Source: Diplonema japonicum
Taxonomy: Eukaryota; Protista; Euglenozoa: Diplonemea
Assembly (NCBI GenBank): GCA_964019335.1
Contig: OZ025661.1
Coordinates: 248,001-312,000 of the forward strand
Reading direction: 5' to 3'
Length of the DNA: 64,000 bases
A program made the position numbers and the translations under genes. Below the pieces are notes generated by a model that ran no database searches, was not told the DNA's origin, and saw only the letters and a list, made by a program, of their open reading frames with translations. Below, piece by piece: positions 21,894 to 33,100 of the stretch (its first letter is position 1; every line of letters starts with the position of its first letter).

Positions 21894-24800
21894 TTAAAAA
21901 AAGGTGTTTCTCATTCTTCACGGGAAGGTGGAGCCAATCTCCCCGTACTTCAGGTCGCTGTAGGTGGTGGTGACACTGGCGTAGTTCTGCTCTGGCTGCA
22001 TGGGTGGGCCGTCGTTGGGGCCGCATGTGCCTCGGACCGCGCCTGGTGTGGAGTCGCTGGCGTTCTGGGGGTACTTCCCGTCAAGCCACAGCATGTGGGC
22101 CTCCTTGTCGTCCCAGAGGGAGAAGACGAGGACCATCCCGCGGGTGAAGGAGTCCCCAGTCGCCGCCATCCCTCCCTTCGCGGAGAAGTGCTGCACCTTG
22201 TCGTCGAAGGTGTTGGCCTGGTCCTTGCAGAAGCCGTCGGTGATGGAGTCGTGGGTGTTCCCCGCCACAGTCGCGTTCATGTTCTGGATGACCTTCCCGT
22301 CCTGCACGTACACCCTGCGCATCTCCTTCAGCTTCCCCGTGTCCGTCCCATCGTCCGTCACGAACTGCGTCACCACCGTCATCGGCTTCGACGCGTCCAC
22401 CTTCAACCCGTTCCCGTAGAAGTTCACCTTCGCCCCGTTCATCCCGCCGCTGTAGTACTGCAGCCTGTAGGAGGCGAAGTCGCAACCCGCGTGGTCGCAG
22501 GTCTCCCTGCACTTGTCCGCCCCGTTTGGGCAGGCGTACGTCCCCGTCACGTCGGTCCCGTTCGCCTGGCAGGGGTGAGGGGTCACCGCCGTCGACACGT
22601 TGTTCGCCTCCCACAGGTCGATCTCGTTGCAGCAGGCGTGCCATGCGGAGTCCGCCCCGCCTCCCTGTGCGTTTTGGATCGGGATGTTCGCCCGCCCCTT
22701 CACGAAGTGGATGTCCCCCGGGCACTGTGCGTCGCAGTACCCCGTCCCGTACAGCGGGCCCGCCGTGTTGTCGGTCCCGTCCATGTCCCCGTCCTTGTTC
22801 ATCTCCACGAAGTAGATCGGCCCGTTGATCCCGCAGCTCATCATCGGCGCCTCCACCGTGAAGGTGAACTCCCTGTTCAGGAGGTTGAAGGTCTTGTACT
22901 CCCACGACGAGGGGTCTGCCTTGCTCGCGCCCCTTGCCTTCGCCTCCGCCTTCTGCTCCAACATGTACAGCCGCGACCCGATGTTCCCGTCGGGGCCCTT
23001 GAACTTCATCGTCATCGAGGTCCCGTCGCTCGTCACCCCGTACTTCCCGTAGTCCACCCCCTCCAGCATGCAGTTCTGCGCGCACTTTTGCTGGTCTGCA
23101 GCAGAGGAGCAGTCCGGGTTCACCCACATTTTGTATTGGTCCCAGCAGTTCGTGTAGGTGTCCTCGTGCTGCAGCCACCGCCAGTTCGCGTCCATTGTGA
23201 TGTACGTCTCCCCGTCCTTCTGGCACCCCCCGGCCTTGCTGCACTTCTGGATTCCCAGCTGCAGCGGTTGTTCCACTGCCTGGCAGTCCATCCCGTTGCA
23301 TGCCTGCTGCCCCGTGCTGTGCCCCGTTGCGAGGAGGAGCCCCAAGCAGATGTTCCCGAGCCGTGTCATTATTGGAGTTGCTTTTCTTTTTTGTGTTTTT
23401 GTTTTCTCTTTTAACCTGCGGGGTTGCATTTGCAAAGTATTTTCAAGAAATAAAATATTTTCTTTTTTTTTCTCTTAGATTCATTTTCTTCTTTTTGCAC
23501 TCAGCGTAGAAAATGAAATAGGAAAACGGAGGGGAATGAAAAAAGAGAGAGGAAGGAATTGTATTTAGGGTGTTCAGGTAATTTCGTATTGTTCACGGTT
23601 TATTTTCGAGGGTGGGGGGGGATGAAAACAATAAAATAGAGAGAAAAATAAAGAAAAGGGCAGCTTTGCATGGCGACATGAGAGACAATTTGTCGCAACT
23701 ACAAAAGCACTCTTTTTTTTTCAAATAGTTTCTTTTTTTATTTTTTATTTTATTTTTATATTCACTTTCAGTTTTCTTTTTATTTTTTGCTGGAATAGGT
23801 AGACAAACTTTGCAACGAACTGTTGTTGCAAAAAAGAATAGAGGCAGCTTGCCCGTTTATCAGACGGCTGACTCTTTGTAGTATCTTTCTTCTTCTTCTC
23901 TAGCATGTTCTCTTTGTGGTGTTTTAGGAAATATCATCATCTAAAACAACAGAACAAAGGCCACCAGGAGGGTGACAAGGAGGGCGGAAGTGACGGGGTT
24001 GGCCGCGGGTGCAGCGTTCACGGTCTTCTTGTACTGCTTGTTGAACTCCTCCCAGGTGAGGTAGCCGTCGACACTCTTGTTGGCGTTCAGCTGCACGTAC
24101 TGGCAGTGGATGTCGAGGGTGAGGGGTGCAACGAGGTCCGCCTGCAGTGAGAGGGTGGCACCTTTCAGGGTACCTGTGGCGCACGACCCAACGTTCCTCA
24201 CAAGCCTCGAGGCGGGGGTCTTGTTGTCCTGAACAATGCACTTCGCGTCGCTGAAGTCGCTCTCCACGAGGGAAGCCACCCAACCGGTTGCCACCTTGTT
24301 GCACGCCGCCTGCGAGCTCACGCGGCTGGGGCTCGTGACCACCTTGCACTTCGCGTCGTACGACTGGCAGCACCCATCGCACTCTGGCTCCGCCCCGCAT
24401 GCCTTCTGGCTCAGGGACTCTGTCGTGCTCGCCTTCTCCGTCCCCGAGCACTTGTTCCCCGTCCAGCTGCGGGTCTTCACCCCGCCCTTCTTCATCGCAA
24501 GCAGGTAGTTCGTCACAATGCATTGTTCTGCCACCGTCAGCGACGACGGGTTGAACTTCGCTGACCCGAGGGCCGTCACCACACACGTGTCCGCTTTCAG
24601 CGTCTTGACCTCCGCCGTCCCCTCGCACGTCTTCGAGGCCTTCCAGTACGACAGCTGCAGGGCCTCCGCCCCCTTCGCGGGGCACGCCGTGTCGTCGATC
24701 TTCAGCATCACAGAGTACGCCACAGTGCTGTCCGTCAGGCACGCGTCGATCGTGTGCCCGCTCAGCTCTGCCCCCGCCGTCGCGAACGGCTTCACCGCGA

Positions 24801-24914
24801 CCGTGTCCTGAGCGGCGTAGCTCCACAGCGCCGCCTTCGGGTCCGCAACCCCGGTGCAGTCCGCGCTGGTGTAGAACACGGGGTTCGTGAAAGGGCTCCC
24901 AGCAGCAGCAGCAA
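20370..24914. repeat. Direct duplication of about 934 bp (20370-21303 = 23981-24914) flanking the GH7 gene
   Basis: Sequences match by eye at offset 3611, and the ORF track gives identical translations in several frames. Confidence 0.9.
21918..23369 (-). CDS. Glycoside hydrolase family 7 cellobiohydrolase-like enzyme, secreted, no CBM
   Basis: DANWRW, GSRLY, YGTGYCDAQC, catalytic EIDLWE (E-x-D-x-x-E), MLWLD and PGAVRGTC. Signal peptide from MTRLGN, followed by QQAC. Confidence 0.95.
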   Translation of the reverse strand: MTRLGNICLGLLLATGHSTGQQACNGMDCQAVEQPLQLGIQKCSKAGGCQKDGETYITMDANWRWLQHEDTYTNCWDQYKMWVNPDCSSAADQQKCAQNCMLEGVDYGKYGVTSDGTSMTMKFKGPDGNIGSRLYMLEQKAEAKARGASKADPSSWEYKTFNLLNREFTFTVEAPMMSCGINGPIYFVEMNKDGDMDGTDNTAGPLYGTGYCDAQCPGDIHFVKGRANIPIQNAQGGGADSAWHACCNEIDLWEANNVSTAVTPHPCQANGTDVTGTYACPNGADKCRETCDHAGCDFASYRLQYYSGGMNGAKVNFYGNGLKVDASKPMTVVTQFVTDDGTDTGKLKEMRRVYVQDGKVIQNMNATVAGNTHDSITDGFCKDQANTFDDKVQHFSAKGGMAATGDSFTRGMVLVFSLWDDKEAHMLWLDGKYPQNASDSTPGAVRGTCGPNDGPPMQPEQNYASVTTTYSDLKYGEIGSTFP

Positions 24915-24951
24915 CAGAAACACCAATCGCAAGGAAAAAGGCCGATTGCAT
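23941..24951 (-). CDS. Secreted Cys-rich EF-hand/GPI-type protein (copy B, paralog of 20330-21340)
   Basis: Mature region identical to copy A; only the signal peptide and C-terminal tail differ. Confidence 0.85.
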   Translation of the reverse strand: MQSAFFLAIGVSVAAAAGSPFTNPVFYTSADCTGVADPKAALWSYAAQDTVAVKPFATAGAELSGHTIDACLTDSTVAYSVMLKIDDTACPAKGAEALQLSYWKASKTCEGTAEVKTLKADTCVVTALGSAKFNPSSLTVAEQCIVTNYLLAMKKGGVKTRSWTGNKCSGTEKASTTESLSQKACGAEPECDGCCQSYDAKCKVVTSPSRVSSQAACNKVATGWVASLVESDFSDAKCIVQDNKTPASRLVRNVGSCATGTLKGATLSLQADLVAPLTLDIHCQYVQLNANKSVDGYLTWEEFNKQYKKTVNAAPAANPVTSALLVTLLVAFVLLF

Positions 24952-25395
24952 TTTTTCTTTTTGTTTTTTGTGTATGTGTGTTTTTATTTATCTTTATTTG
25001 TGTGTTGTCGATTTCTTTTACTCAAAAGGGATAAAGAAAGAAAAAGAATTCTGTTAGGGGAGCAGCATTAGACCACCCCTCCCCCACAAAAGAAAGGGGG
25101 AAGGGCGAGGGGGGAAAAAAAAAGGTATAATATAAAAAAAAAGATAAGAGATAAAGAGGCCAGTGTTGGTGGCACCCTGCACAAGCACTGTCGGGGGGGG
25201 GGGGGGGGGGGGCGTTATCTCTCCATGTTATCCCATCAAAAAGAACAACGTAGCTGGAAAAGACAAAAAAAAAAAAGAATAGAAGAAATAAAAGAAAAAG
25301 AAAAGAAAACCGTGTAAACATAAGAAAAAGAAAAAACCTCTCCCGACCAACCTCCAAAGAAATGGTGTAACCTTTGTGCTGGGAATACAAGTCTG

Positions 25396-25532
25396 TCAAC
25401 ATCTACTCTGGGTGGTGCATAGTTTTTCAGCGCACCGCACTTGTCTGGCAATGCGATGGAAATTTCCAGGGTGCTGCGCTTGTTTCCCTAAACCGACATT
25501 CACGAAGTCGTGCACGAACTGGATAGGGGGGG

Positions 25533-25577
<45 letters not shown>

Positions 25578-25764
25578 ATACATTCATTATATTAGTACCG
25601 TGTTCCCTGCACTCCGTACAGGGAATGCTCTTAACAGCACTGTGCATCTGCTTCCAAACATTTCCCCCTTGGTAACCTGTGTACGCAAAACCGCAAGGTC
25701 TTTTCTCCACACGGCAAACTGCACCCGAAGCAGAGCAACTATTATTTATAGGGGTAGCAGGCAT
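25396..25764 (-). CDS. Small (about 101 aa) Cys-rich protein with a minimal Erv1/ALR-like sulfhydryl-oxidase signature; one intron
   Basis: Spliced sequence VWKQMHSAVKSIPCTECREHGTNIMN|FVHDFVNVGLGK matches W-x3-H, PCxxCxxH and H(N/D)xVNxxLGK. Confidence 0.65.
25519..25581 (-). other. 63-nt in-frame GT-AG intron (poly-T type)
   Basis: GTATGG-polyT-AAATCCCC..TATCCAG; removal deletes a spurious poly-Phe run. Confidence 0.8.
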
Positions 25765-26412
25765 CTTATCCCTCTCCCACTTCTTTGTTGGGTGGGTGTT
25801 CATTTGTTGGTCAAAATAAAAACGGGGTATAAAAAAGAAGAAGAAAAAAAACGGAAAGAAGGGATGAAGAAAAAAAAAAAAAGGAGGGGGTGTTTAAAAT
25901 ACACAACATTGAAACAGGGTGTGGGGAAAAAAAAAAAAAAAAGTTGGTTGGGGGGGAAAAAAAAAGAAGGGTTTTTTTTTTGTGACCAGAGGGCTCGGTT
26001 ATTTGAGAGACATTTCTTTTTTTTCTTTTTTTTTTTTTTTTTTTTTTCCTTGAAAAATTTAGAGAAAAAAAAAAAACCGGAGTTTTTGGGCTGGGAGAGG
26101 GGACGAAGAACACACGTGAGGTGGGGAAAAAAAAAAAGGCTTGTACTCGGAAAAAAAGAAAACAAAAGTGGTTTTTTTTTTTTTTTTTTTTCCTCTTCTT
26201 TTATTCTCTTTTTTTGGGGGGGGTAAAGAGCGAAACACGAATGAAAGAAGTAGAAGAAAAAAAAATCAAAAAAAAAGGGGGGAAAGAAAAAAAAAAAAAA
26301 AAAAAAAGCACACTAAGTTCACCCTCACTCTCTCACTCTCTTTGGCCACATACTTAATTTAATTTTTTTTTTTTTTAATTTTTCATTTTTTTTTTTTTTT
26401 TTTAAATGCAAC

Positions 26413-26540
26413 CTATGACAGCATCCCGGTGTTGCCGAAATCGGCTTGGTTCGACTGGAGGATCCCAACAATGAGCGCAAAAATACCAAGGGCGGAGGCA
26501 AAGATTTCGACAATCAAGATCTGAACGAACAAATCCTCTG

Positions 26541-26571
<31 letters not shown>

Positions 26572-27348
26572 CCTTCCCCCTTCTCCCCCCACATACTGTC
26601 TGCCGCATCTGCGATAGCACAGCTAGAGCCAACCAACCCAACAGCAAGCCCACACGCGAAGTTTCCAATTCCAACAGTCAGACCAGCAGCACAGAGAGTG
26701 TACAAGGAAATTGCAATACCTATTATTTTTCGGGGGTTTTTTTTCCTCCCCCCTTCCCATACCGTAAGTGAAGGAGGCCGCGGGCCTAACCCAGTCAGGG
26801 TGCCCGGGGACAGGCTTCGATGCCGGGATCACCATATCAGAGGTGAGCTTCAGCTTGTTGTTCATCAAGAGGGAGATGATCAGACCGTAGATGCCCACAG
26901 CTTCGCAGAAGATGATGCTGTTTTTTTTTTTTTTTTTTTTTTTGATGAACGAAAAATACCTGATTAAGTTTCTGCTGACCATTCTTGGGGTGCGAATAGC
27001 AGCACCTGCAATACTGCTTCCTGACAGGAGGATTCCCCATGCAGCCCCGACAATGGAAATGCTGATGGAAAAGGAGACACCGACAGTTGCGAAGGAATAC
27101 GGGTTGGCGTTTGCCAGCACGTCCCACCACTGTGCCCAGTTGGTCCACAAGGTAAGCCTGCCGCCCACAAGAGGGAGGAAAATAAACACCACAAGCACCG
27201 CCTTCCAAAGGTAACCAAAAATCGCCATCAGCATCCCCATCGCCATGTCGGGTTCCTGCCTTGCTGCCCGCGTCATCGGCTCCACTTCAATTCTATCAAG
27301 ATCAGGGTCCCTGACAATGCTCATGATTGATGACATTCCGATCCCCAT
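26413..27348 (-). CDS. VMA16: V-type ATPase proteolipid subunit c'' (21 kDa); 3 introns, about 263 aa
   Basis: SIVGAAWGI, then NLI|SIIFCEAVGIYG, AGLTVGIGNFACGLAVG and DLFVQILIVEIFASALG are restored only after splicing. Confidence 0.93.
26538..26596 (-). other. 59-nt GT-AG intron with an A24-TGCAG acceptor
   Basis: GTATGTGGGGGGAG..A24TGCAG; joins ADAAD to KDLFVQILIVEIF. Confidence 0.9.
26720..26762 (-). other. 43-nt purine-rich GT-AG intron
   Basis: GTATGGGAAGGGGG..GAAAAATAATAG; needed to restore the frame of the conserved TM helix. Confidence 0.9.
26918..26959 (-). other. 42-nt GT-AG intron with an A23-CAG acceptor
   Basis: GTATTTTTCGTTCATC-A23-CAG; removal restores the conserved NLISIIFCE. 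Confidence 0.9.
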
Positions 27349-29308
27349 TTTTTTTTTTTTTTTTTTTTTGAAGCCTTTTGCCTATTGCCTTTTTTTTTTA
27401 ATTTCACTTCGTCCTCATAATTTAACGCGAAAAGCCATTATTTAGTTAACTTGAAAAACCTTTTTTTGGGGAGGTGGGGTATTTTGGCTATTTTTTTGCC
27501 ATCTGAGACCATTCCGGCCTTAAAAGTGGGAATAAGTGCTTTTACTTCCCCTTAAAATGCCACGGCGAAATAGCTACCCCGTATTACCTTAGGGAAGTCC
27601 CCAAAAAAGCTGACCCGAGAGGAAAACGGCAGTGAAAGCAGTGAGTGACTCAAATGACGAAGAGTGAAAAAAAAAAAGAGCCATTATTTTTTTTTTTTTT
27701 TTTAAATTCGTTACCGTAATTCGGGAACCCGAGTTAAATAATGACTCATAATTTTGTTGGCAATAAATAGTTATTTTCTTTTCCCCCTCCCCGCTTTTGT
27801 ATTGAGAATAAAGAAAGAAGGGAAGGGAAAGGGGAGGGGTGTATAAAAAATTTTTATTTTCTTTTTTTTTGATGAAAAAAAAAAAACAACAGACAAGAAG
27901 CAGTATTGCGACAACGACGAAACAGTAAGTAAAGGGATAATAATAATAAAAAAATAAAAAGAATCTTTTCACTATGATGAGAGGGGGAGGGGAGAGATCG
28001 AGAAGGAGGGAGAAAAGAAAAGAAAGACAGGAGGGGAGGGGGGGGGGGGGGGGGTATCAAAGCTAAAGCGCACCTCCCTTATTTCTTTTTTTCTTTTTAA
28101 AAAACGCTCCTCTTCATTTCTTACTGAAGTTTGTCGCCTTTTCTCTTTTTTCCAAATTTATTACACGGTGACTTGGCGATATGTGGAAAAGGGGGAAGAA
28201 GCCCCCTACCCTTTCCCCTACCTGCAGTCACATGTATTCTTTTTTTCACTCTTTTCTTTCTTCCTTTCTACAAAAAAATCGACTAGGGATGGAGAGGGGT
28301 GGGGGTGAGAAGGGGACCAAAAAAAATAAAACCCTCCCCTTTAGCTATTATCTAACGAGGGGGGGGGAGAAAAAAAAAAGAGACTATTTAAGGGTGCCTG
28401 CAGTAGGTGGCAGGGCGCCCTGCACAAGTATCGTCTACTTGATTACAGGGGGCGCGCCTCGGCCTAGTTGTAGCTTCTTCTGCGTTCCGCGTCGTGTCCT
28501 TAATGCGTGCGGTGTGCAACTCAACCCCAGCCATGGTGCCCCTGGTAACCAAGATTCTGAGCCCGTGCAGTTTGCTGCCTGTTCGTCACCCAAAAAAAAG
28601 CTAATAAAACACAAAAAAGAAAATAGTGCCAGGTCCTTAACTGTGTGACCAACAGCTCGAATATCTTTTGTTTTTTTTTTGTTTAAATGCGTCCTCCCCA
28701 TGGAGAGGGAAGGGGGGGGGGGGGGGGGGGTATTTATGTACTACAACGCCACACAGTGGCTTTTTCTTTCCTTCTTGTGTCTGCTTTAAAAAAAAAAAGC
28801 GCACACTTTTTTTTGTTCTTCTCCCCCTTTTTTTTTTATTATTACCCCAAACATAAAGAGGAAAAAAAAGGGAGGGGTCAGAAACTTCTTTTTTTTTTGT
28901 TAAATTCGTCGCATTGCAAAAAAAAAGGGGGGAGGAGGGGAAGGAGGTGCAATCTTATAAGAAAAAAAAATAGCGAGTTGAAGTAAATAAATCGCGTAGC
29001 CTCGGGTACTTCTACCCCACAACCTCTCCTTCTCTCCCCCTCTTTATTTTCCCTGGGAGGGCGTCCTCCCCATGGAGAGGGTTGGGGGGGGGGGGGGGGG
29101 GGGAGGGCGAATTGAAGCAAATCTGTCGCAATGGTCTACAGTTCCCTCTCTACCTCCAAGAATCCAAATCATAACTCTATTTCGCCCCCCCCCCCCCCCC
29201 CCCCCATCGATGCATCTCTTCACATCGTGACACAGGGTATTATTTGCAGAGCACTTAAGAGATATGAAAGTAAATGAAAAGAGATGAGATAAAGGAGGTT
29301 CTTGTTTT

Positions 29309-29339
<31 letters not shown>

Positions 29340-30170
29340 TCTTTTCCCGGCTGTGTTGCCCTTTCTCAAAGCTTCATCCCTTTCTTCTTTTTTTTTTTTA
29401 ACCACTTTTTCCTGCCCAGTTTCTTGAGGTTTTTCTTGGCATTCTCTAATGCATAAAAAAAAAAAGAGGAAAATTGGGTGTATTCGGGTATTCAGTAAGC
29501 CTGCATCAATTGTTGTCATTTGAATGGGTGCGGCGGTGGAGACAAACAAGGAGGGTATATGGAAACAACAGATATTATAAAAAAAAAATAAAGAACTAAA
29601 TCTAATCAGCTCTACCACCACTCTCTCTCTCTCTCCTCTTTTTCGTCTTTCTCCTTTTGCACTTTTCATATCTCGCGGTAGTTACTGCAACTTATGAGAA
29701 AATATGTGGGAGGGGGGGATACACGATTCATTTTCACTCACAGGCACATAACAAGGGGGGGGGGGGGGGGGGGGGGGCACGCAATGGGAATGGCTTCGCG
29801 CTGCCGACTGCTGTGAAGGAAGTGAGACGCAACACAAATAAGCCTTGTCCTTTAGAGGCACCCCCTCTTCCGTATACGTCTCTTTTTTTCTCTATTTTCA
29901 CCCCTTTTTTTTCTCCTCATCCTAACTGAACATAACAAAAATAAAGAATAAGTAAAATAAAGCTAGTAGTACAAAGCCAAAAGATCCCCCCCCCCCCCCC
30001 CCTCCTCTTGATTACTTTTTTTTTCATTTTTTTTCCGTCCTTTTTTCTTCCCCCCCCCCCCCACCCCACGCATACTGTACAAGAAAAAAAAAGAAGAAAA
30101 GGAGGAAGGGTGGAAGAAAAAAAATAGAAAAAAAAAGGAAAAAAAAACGAAGAAAGAAAAAAAAATGGAA

Positions 30171-33100
30171 CTATCGCTCATAATCTAGAGGGTTGTGGTT
30201 GTGGTTAGCAGGCTGGCCTGCCGGGTTTGAAGAGTGAACCACCATTTGTGGGCTCCCTGCTGGGCCCAGGGTGTGGTGAACAGAGGATTGCATTGAAGGG
30301 TGGACGTAGTGAGGCTGGGCTGAGATGTAAGAAGGAGATCTTGAAGATTTCTCAGCGGAGTAGAGAGGCTTGTGCGAGGTTTTCCTGCCCGAAGAAGAGC
30401 CCCCAGAGGAATCCACGAGGCCTCCTATAGAAACCTCACCTGGGCGCACTTTGAGCGCCCTTCGAGAAGGCCTAGATTTTTTTCCCCCCCTTTTCTTTTG
30501 TCTCCCCCATTCCCACACCTTGCTGAAGTAGCCCACACGGGGGTACCGTCAATCTTTGACGCCATGATTTCTACTTGATTCGGTCCCTGGCTGAAAGCAA
30601 ATCCGGTATGCCTTCTATAAGGGTAATGATGGTGTGCAACATGTGGTTGGTTGGGTGGTGGTTGCAAGTGCTGTTGGCTCATCTCGTTATGTGCACCTTG
30701 TACATTGTGTGCACCGCTGCCCTGCGCCTCGTTCATAGGTGGGTTGGACACCGTGATGGGCGCCACTGCAGGAGAGACTACTTCCTCTACAGCCACCGCC
30801 TTCATCGTCGGCTTTTCCTTAATCCTCGACCTTGGAAGCACCTCAGGGTGCTCCCTCTGCATCAGCGCGTAGTTGAAATCAGAGAGGATACCGTTGCGCT
30901 CCAGCGCTTCCCAGTCTTGAACCTTGTTTTTTTTTTTTTTTTTTTCCCTTTTCCTTTTCCCCCCTCCCCTATACCTTGTGAAGCAGGTTGGATCTGAAGG
31001 TCCGTGAGTAGAACTTCCAAACGACATCTCTGAAGAGCGCGATAACCACCACAAGGATCCATGTCAGCCAGTGCTGCGGGTCAAGGAGAATCATGCTGGC
31101 GAGCTACAGGAGGAAAAATTAGAAAGGAAAAAAAAGAAGAAAAAATCGCATACCCCGTACCAGTCCTGCCCTATACGCAGGGTGGACCAGAGGTTGCCGT
31201 ACACGACGAGGAAGACGTACCACATACCCACACTGCCCCACGTCACCACGTGGTTCGCAATAGTGAATGACCTAGTGGTGTGTGTTTAATAATAATCCTT
31301 TTTCGCATACCTAGTTTCGAGTGCGCACTTCAAGTTAACGACCCACACCACTGCCGTGTAGGCGGTCCCTCCCATCCAGTGCATGCCCAGTGCCCGCCCG
31401 TCTGAAGAATCGACAGACTCGGTCAGGACAACCATCGGTAGGAAGAAGCACATCATCGACTGCAGGACCGCTGTGAAGGTGAATCCCCAGAACACTTTCG
31501 TCCCAAAGAGTTTGGACAGCCGCCCTTCATCATACAGCTCAGGGAACTGTTCTAACGACATGATGCGCTTCGGGTCAACGTCCCTGTCCAGCACACCGAC
31601 CGCCACGATGGGCAGCGCTGTGAACAACACGTTGAATGAGGCAAGCGCCCACCTGTCGTACAGCGACTGCCCTGTGAAGGAGTTGAACAAACAAAACCAG
31701 AACTGCGTTAGATACAGCAGAATGTTCTTGTAGAAACTGTACAGGATCACCTTCACCACTCTTTTGTACGACCACCGGCCGTGAACCAGAAGCAATTGCC
31801 TTAGGAATCTGAACTGTCCAATCGAGTAGTCCGAAGCACGCGCTGCTTGCAGCCCTTCTAAACCTGATATTCCAATCCCCACGTGAGCTTCTGTGATCAT
31901 GGCCACGTCGTTGGCCCCGTCGCCGATGGACAGCGTTACCTTCCCCAGGCCTTCCTTCACGATCCTCACGACCTCTGCCTTTTGCCCTGGGGTCACACGG
32001 CAGCAAATCACAGCCTTGCAGTGCTTCGTGAAATCCAGGAAGTTGTCCTTGTTCACCTGCGGAGCTTCATCCGCTGTGATGTCCACTAGTGTTGCACCTT
32101 GGATCACCACGCCTTGGTCCTTCTCGGGGTCGGCCTTAGCGATATTCATTGCTTCGTCCTTGAATTTACTCAAATCGCTGGTAACCTTTTCACGTGAGGA
32201 ACCTTCTTCGAACTTGAACAGCTTCATCGCGTTGTGAAGCAGTGAACACGCAAACCCGATGTTGATGGCTGTCTCCTGCTTGTCGCCAGTCAGCACCCAC
32301 ACGTTCAGCCCCGCGGTTCGCAAGAGCTCGATCGTAGCGGGCACACCCTCTTGCAGTTTGTCCTCGATGGCCGTGGTCCCGATCAACACCAGGTCCTTCT
32401 CTATCATCTCACCAACCTCTGTCAGCTTCTGCTCTCTTCCACCGATCGCTTCCTGTGCGGCCTTGTACTTCGGCGACCAGTCGGCGTATACGTCTTCTTT
32501 CAGCAATACCTGTGCAATGCACAGCGTCCGTAGCCCTTCCTCTGCGAACCTCTCCAGGGTGGCGGTGGTTGTCTTTCGCATCTGAACTTCATGCTCGTCC
32601 TTAGGTTTTATCAGTCGTTCGAAGATGACGCTGTCAGCGCCCTTGCACAGCAGCATGAGGACACCCTTGGGGTCCCTCACGATGACGCTCATTCGCTTAC
32701 GATCGGAGTTGAATTCCAGCACCTCGTATAGCTTCCACTTCTCGTCCACCTTGCTCCCGTCGAGCTGGTTCACGCTGATCGTGACGTCAGTTGCATCACG
32801 TGCAGCGAACTGTACACCGAGGAACCTTGCACCCGCGACAAGGCATGCCTCGTCGGGGCTCGCTGCAGTGTATTCCAACGACGGCTTCCCGCTTTCATCT
32901 GTGCCCTCTTCGGTCACCACAGTGTGACACACGGCCAGCACCTTGAGGAAGTGTGCGATTTCCGCAGTGTTCGGCTGCGACATCCAGTTCCACTTCCGCT
33001 GCTCGCCAGTGACATCGGATATCTTTTCATCGTAAAAGTAGAACCCTTTGATGGGCTTAACCGACTTCGGTCTGTCGTCGTGCAGGACGCGCCCCTCACG

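Noticed and set aside
22081-23414. Long antisense and alternate-frame ORFs over GH7 (439 and 406 aa), and similar ones over GH15 (49740-51164) and the duplicated genes
   Set aside because: These are shadow ORFs caused by extreme GC3 of the true gene; they show no protein-family signal.
28388-28640. TTAA-bounded GC-rich segment as a third piggyBac or a small gene
   Set aside because: The ends are not inverted repeats, and the roughly 48-aa ORF has no recognisable features.
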